From a virus, in the IMG/VR virus record IMGVR_UViG_3300017613_001751, positions 1 to 5,288 of that record: a stretch of DNA of 5,288 nt. One strand, given 5' to 3'. How positions within the stretch are numbered: position 1 is the first letter of the stretch; every line of letters begins with the position of its first letter. This document shows positions 1 to 4,236 of the stretch, one piece after another. A program made the position numbers and the translations under genes. Under the pieces are notes generated by a model, which saw only the letters and a program-made list of their open reading frames with translations, ran no database searches and was not told where the DNA came from.

Positions 1-121
1 ACTACATACCGAAAAACAAAAAAACACACAACTATTACACGAAACAGCAAAAGAATACGGAGATATATCACAAGCTAAAGAAAACATACGAAAACTTAAA
101 GAATCCACCTACAATCACAAA
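1..121. repeat. Terminal redundancy copy 1, identical to 5168-5288; assembly overlap of a circular genome
   Basis: Base-by-base comparison shows 1-121 equals 5168-5288 with no mismatch. The repeat lies inside the Rep reading frame, which stays open across the junction. Confidence 0.95.
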
Positions 122-166
122 CTAAAAACAACATTCAAACAAACATCACAAAACAAAAAACTATGA
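1..166 (+). CDS. 3' end of the Rep (VP4-like) gene, continuing 4236-5288 across the circular junction
   Basis: Codons are phased from position 2 and read LHTEKQKNTQLLHETAKEYGDISQAKENIRKLKESTYNHKLKTTFKQTSQNKKL, then stop TGA at 164-166. This frame is continuous with 4236-5288 once 5168-5288 is collapsed onto 1-121. The stop overlaps the capsid start as ATGA (163-166). Confidence 0.9.
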   Translation, partial: LHTEKQKNTQLLHETAKEYGDISQAKENIRKLKESTYNHKLKTTFKQTSQNKKL

Positions 167-1812
167 TCACACAACCACGACAAAGAATGAGGAACGCCTC
201 ACCAGCAAATCCTAAAAAAAACTCATTCGACTTATCAAATTACTGGACAGGTTCCGGACAAATAGGTAAACTAATACCAATACGATGGGACGATGTAACA
301 CCAGATTCACACTGGAAAATAAAAACAAACTGCCTAATTAAACTAGCACCAGTACTATCACCATTTATGCACAGAATAGACGCATACATACACACATTCT
401 GGGTACCATACAGACTATGTATGCCAAAATTATCACAAACATATGCAGACTGGGAAAGTTTCATACAAGGTGATCCAAACAATGTACATTCAAACGATGA
501 AATGCCAGTAGTACCATTAAACGAAGCACAAAAATCATATTATTACGAAGGAACACTAGCTAATTACCTGGGATTACCTAAAACAGACTCAGGAGATACA
601 ATTAACGCAGCAGCAGACCAAGAATTAAATGCACTACCATTTATAACATATAACTTAATATGGGATGAATACTACAGAAACCCATGGACACAACCAAGAT
701 CATGCGGCCCAGGAACAAGTTGGTTCATATCACTACTTGGAGGAGCAATGACTGCAGATATGCCATATCTATGCGCAATAAGAAACAGATCATATGAAAG
801 AGACTACTTCACAGGAGCATATCCAGAAGCATACGCAGGAGCAAGCACAGACGTGCAGCTTGATATAGATATATACGGAAATCCATCAGATGGAACAGCA
901 ATACAGTTTGAAACAACAGCAGGAGGAGCACCAACTGCGGGAGATACGCAAATGAATGCAAGTAGAGCATTCCAAGATTCAACAGGAGTGGCACTACAAT
1001 TCAGGGGAGATACAGATATAGGAGCAGATGCATCACTTGAAATACTAGAATTACGTAGAGCAGAAGCACTAACAAGATTCTTAGAAGCAGAAAACAGAAC
1101 AGGAACCGAACGATACGACGAATGGCTTAAAATAATGTTCGGTGTACAAAATCCAGACTTTAGAGATAATTACCCGAGATACATAGGAGGAGGAAGACAA
1201 GCAATAAATGTAAGCGAAGTAATAAATCCGGGACCCGTATTAACACCATCCACAGACGCAATAAATACACCACAAGGTTACCAAACTGGTCATGCGGTAG
1301 CAGCAGGAGGAAGCGACTATAGTAACTTCCATGCAACAGAACACGGTATACTAATGACTATACTTAGTGTAATACCTAGAACAGCTTATACGGGAGGAAT
1401 TGAAAAGTTCTGGAACAAAACAGACAGAACAGAATTCTATAATCCACACTTCCAAAATATTGGAGATCAAGAAATACTAAGCAAAGAGCTTGGATGGGAT
1501 GGAACAGCAACAGGAACAGGAAACGATGATGTATGGGCTTACGCCCCAAGATTCGCAGAATACAAACATAAACTAAACATAGTATGTGGAGAATACCAAA
1601 GTTCATTAGATTATTGGCATATGAGCAGAATGCACGATAATCAAGACGGAGCTGCAACAGCATTTAGTGGAACATTCCACCAATGCATATATAGTGACGA
1701 TGAAATGATAAGAATATTTGCAGCACAAGGAACAGAACACCACCTTTACATACAAATCTACAACGATATAAAAGCAATATTACCAATGCACGTAACAGAC
1801 ATACCAAAATAA
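163..1812 (+). CDS. Microviridae major capsid protein (VP1 / F-like), 549 aa
   Basis: The N-terminal block NSFDLSNYWTGSGQIGKLIPIRWDDVTPDSHW...HTFWVPYRL matches the SFD.S....t...G.LIPI...EVLPGD...FFVPNRL block I recall from gokushovirus VP1. Also present are RDYFTGAYPE and LRRAEALTRFLEAENRTGTERYDEWLKIMFGVQNPDFRDNYPRYIGGG, which match the LR.A.alQ+w.E...R.G.RY.E....FGV...D.R...PEYLGG core. Third codon positions are strongly A-biased, as in the other genes. The stop is TAA. Confidence 0.97.
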   Translation: MITQPRQRMRNASPANPKKNSFDLSNYWTGSGQIGKLIPIRWDDVTPDSHWKIKTNCLIKLAPVLSPFMHRIDAYIHTFWVPYRLCMPKLSQTYADWESFIQGDPNNVHSNDEMPVVPLNEAQKSYYYEGTLANYLGLPKTDSGDTINAAADQELNALPFITYNLIWDEYYRNPWTQPRSCGPGTSWFISLLGGAMTADMPYLCAIRNRSYERDYFTGAYPEAYAGASTDVQLDIDIYGNPSDGTAIQFETTAGGAPTAGDTQMNASRAFQDSTGVALQFRGDTDIGADASLEILELRRAEALTRFLEAENRTGTERYDEWLKIMFGVQNPDFRDNYPRYIGGGRQAINVSEVINPGPVLTPSTDAINTPQGYQTGHAVAAGGSDYSNFHATEHGILMTILSVIPRTAYTGGIEKFWNKTDRTEFYNPHFQNIGDQEILSKELGWDGTATGTGNDDVWAYAPRFAEYKHKLNIVCGEYQSSLDYWHMSRMHDNQDGAATAFSGTFHQCIYSDDEMIRIFAAQGTEHHLYIQIYNDIKAILPMHVTDIPK

Positions 1813-1819
1813 AACTATC

Positions 1820-2032
1820 ATGGCAATTGACAGAATGAAAGGAAAAAGATGGCTCACAGGAGACACTTACACCACACAAAAAGAAAAAGTATACTGGAAA
1901 GACTATGAAGAAGTATTTCCAGAAGAATATCCAAAAGACTCTACTGTATCATTAACAGTACCAGGACAAGCAATAAGTATCAAAAACTTAATGGACAGAT
2001 ATGAAAAAGGAAGACCCATACCAGTTGAATAG
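1820..2032 (+). CDS. Small protein (70 aa), possibly the N-terminal part of an internal scaffolding (VP3-like) protein
   Basis: The ATG lies 7 nt after the capsid stop. SLTVPGQAISIKNLMDRYEKG resembles, from memory, the SLT.Q....DIN.I...F..TG segment of gokushovirus VP3. It ends at TAG 2030-2032, much shorter than the roughly 150 aa I recall as typical for VP3. Codon usage is A-ending like the neighbouring genes. Confidence 0.6.
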   Translation: MAIDRMKGKRWLTGDTYTTQKEKVYWKDYEEVFPEEYPKDSTVSLTVPGQAISIKNLMDRYEKGRPIPVE

Positions 2033-2279
2033 ACAACAGGTAATAGAAGAAAAATTCGAATCAACTAAATACGATTCATGGAACAACCAAGACCCACTAA
2101 CAGCAAAACACGAAGCAGCAAAAGAATTACTAGAAATCAAAAACAAACAAAATGAAAGAAAGCAAACAGCAAAAGAAATTGCAAAACAGAATGAGGAAAC
2201 AGAAATTGAAGAACTCAGAAAGTTCAAAGAAGAACACGAAAAAACAGAAACAAACAGCATAAATTCCCAAGACCAGTAA
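2001..2279 (+). CDS. Highly charged K/E-rich helical protein (92 aa), either an overlapping gene or the +1-frame continuation of 1820-2032
   Basis: The frame is open from 1992 and overlaps the previous ORF by 32 nt (2001-2032). The product EAAKELLEIKNKQNERKQTAKEIAKQNEETEIEELRKFKEEHEK is coiled-coil-like, as expected for a scaffold. It has no separate upstream signal. The stop is TAA at 2277-2279. Confidence 0.55.
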   Translation: MKKEDPYQLNRQQVIEEKFESTKYDSWNNQDPLTAKHEAAKELLEIKNKQNERKQTAKEIAKQNEETEIEELRKFKEEHEKTETNSINSQDQ

Positions 2280-2280
2280 C

Positions 2281-2310
2281 ACGCGCACGCGCAAAATGCA
2301 CACGCACACG
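2281..2310. repeat. Short CG-rich tandem hexamers: ACGCGC x2 (2281-2292) and GCACAC x2 plus G (2298-2310)
   Basis: Read directly as acgcgcacgcgc aaaat gcacacgcacacg. The CACACG core recurs at 2473-2478, with AACACG at 2499-2504. Confidence 0.8.
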
Positions 2311-2320
2311 AAAACTGAAA

Positions 2321-2336
2321 ATGAAAGGAATTTCAT
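2321..2336. repeat. Hairpin: 6-bp stem ATGAAA/TTTCAT with loop GGAA
   Basis: Positions 2321-2326 pair perfectly with 2331-2336. Confidence 0.6.
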
Positions 2337-2344
2337 GCTTAAAA

Positions 2345-2382
2345 AGGATCGGGGAAATACAACATTGTAAATCCCTGATCCT
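2345..2382. repeat. Long imperfect hairpin (38 nt)
   Basis: AGGATCGGGGA (2345-2355) pairs with TCCCTGATCCT (2372-2382), giving 11 bp that include one G-T pair. After a 2x2 A/A internal loop, TACAA (2358-2362) pairs with TTGTA (2365-2369), although the apical pairs must open to leave a workable loop. Confidence 0.8.
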
Positions 2383-2399
2383 CAACAAAGTGTCAGTTA

Positions 2400-2426
2400 G
2401 CACTAATATAACAAGTAGTATAGTGC
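2400..2426. repeat. Weak hairpin: GCACTA/TAGTGC with a 15-nt loop
   Basis: Positions 2400-2405 are the reverse complement of 2421-2426. The large loop makes this marginal. Confidence 0.35.
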
Positions 2427-2466
2427 AAAAAACACAAATAAAATCGGCAAGCAAAGCTTTATAAAC

Positions 2467-2504
2467 TGTCCGCACACGTACACATAAAAATGTGTCCGAA
2501 CACG
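2467..2504. repeat. 12-nt direct repeat pair TGTCCG(C/A)ACACG (2467-2478 and 2493-2504) embracing a hairpin at 2477-2498
   Basis: The two copies match at 11 of 12 positions and start 26 nt apart. Between and overlapping them, CGTACACAT pairs with ATGTGTCCG (9 positions, one mismatch) around an AAAA loop. The second copy also forms TCCG-AACA-CGGA (2495-2506). Confidence 0.75.
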
Positions 2505-2511
2505 GAACCAG

Positions 2512-2559
2512 TTTATGCCTTTCTCCTCCAAATTTTGATAATTTGGAGTTCGGCATAAA
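2512..2559. repeat. Two-tier hairpin 32 nt upstream of the VP2 start
   Basis: The outer stem TTTATGCC (2512-2519) pairs with GGCATAAA (2552-2559), 8 bp. The inner stem CTCCAAATT (2526-2534) pairs with AATTTGGAG (2540-2548), 9 bp perfect, with loop TTGAT. The tiers are separated by an asymmetric internal loop of 6 and 3 nt. An A-run follows on the + strand rather than a T-run. Confidence 0.85.
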
Positions 2560-2590
2560 AAAATAGATTTTAACGCAAAAACAAGAAACT

Positions 2591-3460
2591 ATGAGCAGCT
2601 GGGGAGCAGCATTAATGAATGCAGGATCCAACCTAGGATCAACATTCTATACAACAGCATGGAACAAAAGAGAATCACAAAGACAAAGAGATTGGAATGA
2701 AGCCATGTGGCACAAAAGCAACGAATACAATTCACCTGCAGCACAAATGGAAAGATTTAGAGAAGCAGGATTAAATCCAAACATGATATATGGACAAGGA
2801 AATCCCGGAAATGCAGGACAAGTTCCATCATATGAAAGAGCATCAATGCAAACACCTAATATAGATCTATTAGGATCATACATGGGATACAAAAAAATGG
2901 GTGTCGAAATATCCAATATGGAAGCAGACACCCAACTAAAAGAAAGAGACCAAACAATAAAATTCCTACAAGCAATAGGACTAGAAGTAGATAACGAACA
3001 ACAAGCATTAAATCTACTGAAATCACTAGAACTATATGATACAGACGTAGAAAAAGAAAAATTACAACTTGTATTACTTGGAATACAACAAACACTAGGA
3101 AATAAACAAATTACACATCAACAAATACTAAACGAAAAAGAAACAATAAACCTGATGTATCAGGAATTCGAAAAAACATTAAACCTAACAAAAACATACG
3201 AAGAAATTAAATCAACACAACTAGCAAACAGAATGACCGAAGAAGAATGGAAATATTATAAACGCACCGGAATGTTACTAGGTAACAAACCACTATATCA
3301 ACTATTCGCAAACCTTATATCAGGTGAAAGCATCGCAAGTTCAAAAATATCAAATGCAGTCAAAATAGCAACAGGACAAGCAGCAACTAAAAAAGGTACA
3401 ATACAAATGCCAAAAGGAACAAGAACAATAAGACATCCAAACTCAACAAGATGGCAATAG
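2591..3460 (+). CDS. DNA pilot / minor capsid protein (VP2 / H-like), 289 aa
   Basis: The N-terminal Gly/Ser/Ala-rich segment is followed by NKRESQRQRDWNEAMWHKSNEYNSPAAQMERFREAGLNPNMIYGQG. This matches the conserved ...N.a.Q....R...AGLNP.l..G block I recall from non-phiX Microviridae VP2. The C-terminal half is long, heptad-like and Q/E/K/L-rich, as expected for a coiled-coil DNA-delivery tube protein. The stop is TAG. Confidence 0.85.
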   Translation: MSSWGAALMNAGSNLGSTFYTTAWNKRESQRQRDWNEAMWHKSNEYNSPAAQMERFREAGLNPNMIYGQGNPGNAGQVPSYERASMQTPNIDLLGSYMGYKKMGVEISNMEADTQLKERDQTIKFLQAIGLEVDNEQQALNLLKSLELYDTDVEKEKLQLVLLGIQQTLGNKQITHQQILNEKETINLMYQEFEKTLNLTKTYEEIKSTQLANRMTEEEWKYYKRTGMLLGNKPLYQLFANLISGESIASSKISNAVKIATGQAATKKGTIQMPKGTRTIRHPNSTRWQ

Positions 3461-3487
3461 TGCCATATAACAATAAAAACTATAAGC

Positions 3488-3751
3488 ATGAAAAACGAAA
3501 ATCAAAAACTAGAAATCCAAAAAGAAGACTTCGTACCAGACAACCTAACTTCAATAAAACAAGAACAAGCTAAAAAAGACCTACAATGCATGGAAGACCT
3601 AGACAAGATCAAAACACCAATAGAAGCAAAAATGTATAGCACTACAGTCTGGACATACAGAAATAAATCATACAGAGAATTCGTAAATAAAATGGATCAA
3701 AAAGCAAAAGAAGAACTATTCAAAATTGTAAATAAAAAATTAGAACTATGA
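3488..3751 (+). CDS. Hypothetical small protein (87 aa)
   Basis: Codon usage is A-ending like the known genes, and the ORF fills the gap after VP2. Its TGA stop (3749-3751) overlaps the next ATG (3748-3750). I recognise no family motif. Confidence 0.6.
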   Translation: MKNENQKLEIQKEDFVPDNLTSIKQEQAKKDLQCMEDLDKIKTPIEAKMYSTTVWTYRNKSYREFVNKMDQKAKEELFKIVNKKLEL

Positions 3752-3921
3752 ACATTATAAAAACAATCGTAAGAGCAGTATGGCCGATAGTATACAAAGT
3801 ACTAGAAAACTATGCGGACAGAACAGACACAGAAATAGACGACATAGCAGTAGAAGCAGCAAACGCAGGAATACAAGAATGGCTCGATGATACAAAAGAC
3901 GACACAAACTTTGAAACATGA
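3748..3921 (+). CDS. Hypothetical small protein (57 aa), absent from the supplied ORF track
   Basis: My translation is MNIIKTIVRAVWPIVYKVLENYADRTDTEIDDIAVEAANAGIQEWLDDTKDDTNFET. The start forms an ATGA overlap with the upstream ORF, and the stop TGA (3919-3921) overlaps the ATG at 3918. Codons are A-ending. The ORF exactly fills 3752-3917, which would otherwise be non-coding. Confidence 0.55.
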   Translation: MNIIKTIVRAVWPIVYKVLENYADRTDTEIDDIAVEAANAGIQEWLDDTKDDTNFET

Positions 3922-3924
3922 TAC

Positions 3925-4236
3925 ATGAAAACATCACAATCGAAGAATATACAAGACTCAAGCCTACAACTGACTCTATTCGCAAACTTACAATCAAACA
4001 AGAACGACTTATCAAACTTATTAGAACAGGTCGCTCAGTACGAGGAATACATTATAAACTCAAAAACATTCCCATACCTTATAAAAATCGAGAAACAAAT
4101 TATAGCTCTATGTGACAAAGAAAATAGATGCCTTCAAATACTAAGACAAGGCAGAAGCTATGGAATAAAAAAAACACACAGAAAACCATTAAAAATCAAA
4201 ATCAAAGAAGACAGACAAACAATAGAAGCAGTATAA
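3925..4236 (+). CDS. Hypothetical small protein (103 aa) with a basic C-terminus
   Basis: The stop TAA (4234-4236) overlaps the Rep ATG (4236-4238) as TAATG. Codon third positions are A-rich (cta, tta, caa, tca, aca) like the confirmed genes, unlike the competing 3918-4115 frame. The C-terminal sequence is GRSYGIKKTHRKPLKIKIKEDRQ. Confidence 0.55.
   Translation: MKTSQSKNIQDSSLQLTLFANLQSNKNDLSNLLEQVAQYEEYIINSKTFPYLIKIEKQIIALCDKENRCLQILRQGRSYGIKKTHRKPLKIKIKEDRQTIEAV

Larger units (their letters stand above)
2280..2590. other. Major non-coding region (311 nt), rich in secondary structure
   Basis: This is the only long stretch with no credible + strand ORF. It loses the A-rich codon-like composition and contains CG-rich tandem hexamers, four or five hairpins and a 12-nt direct repeat pair, all listed separately. 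Confidence 0.85.

Noticed and set aside
1-121. The 121-nt direct terminal repeat as a biological feature such as a DTR, LTR or attachment site
   Set aside because: The repeat is perfectly identical, sits in the middle of the Rep coding frame, and the frame closes only when the copies are merged. This is the standard signature of a circular contig assembled with overlap.
164-166. TGA stops (Rep 164-166, 3749-3751, 3919-3921) as possible Trp codons under genetic code 4, as in Spiroplasma or Mycoplasma phages
   Set aside because: Trp is encoded by TGG throughout the capsid, VP2 and Rep genes, and there are no in-frame TGAs inside them. Reading TGA as sense would extend Rep deep into the capsid gene. 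The ATGA stop-start overlaps make sense only if TGA is a stop.
2030-2032. TAG at the end of ORF 1820-2032 as evidence for stop-codon reassignment or readthrough
   Set aside because: Reading through TAG adds only 12 codons before a TAA. TAG also terminates the well-supported VP2 gene at 3458-3460. There is therefore no sign of TAG recoding.
2296-2370. 24-codon + strand ORF (MHTHTKTENERNFMLKKDRGNTTL) inside the intergenic region
   Set aside because: It is very short, has no coupling to neighbouring genes, and overlaps the tandem hexamers and two hairpins that better explain the sequence.
2545-2556. GGAGTTCGGCAT resembling a tRNA T-arm (GTTCG)
   Set aside because: There is no complementary 5-bp stem after the putative T-loop, and no acceptor, D or anticodon arms can be drawn around it. 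The segment is already explained as part of the 2512-2559 hairpin.
2224-2631. 135-aa minus-strand ORF that spans the whole intergenic region, the longest antisense ORF in the window
   Set aside because: The product is Cys/Phe/Leu/Val-rich with no recognisable motif. It is what the complement of an A-rich strand yields. It would overlap the ends of two + strand genes. Microviridae are known to transcribe only one strand. It stays open mainly because the structured non-coding region happens to lack TTA, CTA and TCA in that frame. It is not strictly excluded; conservation analysis would settle it.
3065-3097. phiX174-origin-like string CAACTTG-TATTA (3065-3076) with AACACTA downstream (3091-3097), reminiscent of the phiX ori CAACTTGATATTAATAACACTATAG
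   Set aside because: A 7-mer is expected by chance about 0.3 times per strand in 5 kb. The spacing to AACACTA is about 10 nt longer than in phiX. The site lies inside VP2 rather than in Rep or an intergenic region. It merits at most a test in a Rep nicking assay.
3918-4115. 65-aa + strand ORF as the primary gene at this locus
   Set aside because: Its codon third positions are T/C-rich, unlike every confident gene here. It would also leave 120 nt (4116-4235) non-coding in an otherwise compact genome. It is kept only as a possible overlapping frame in a finding.
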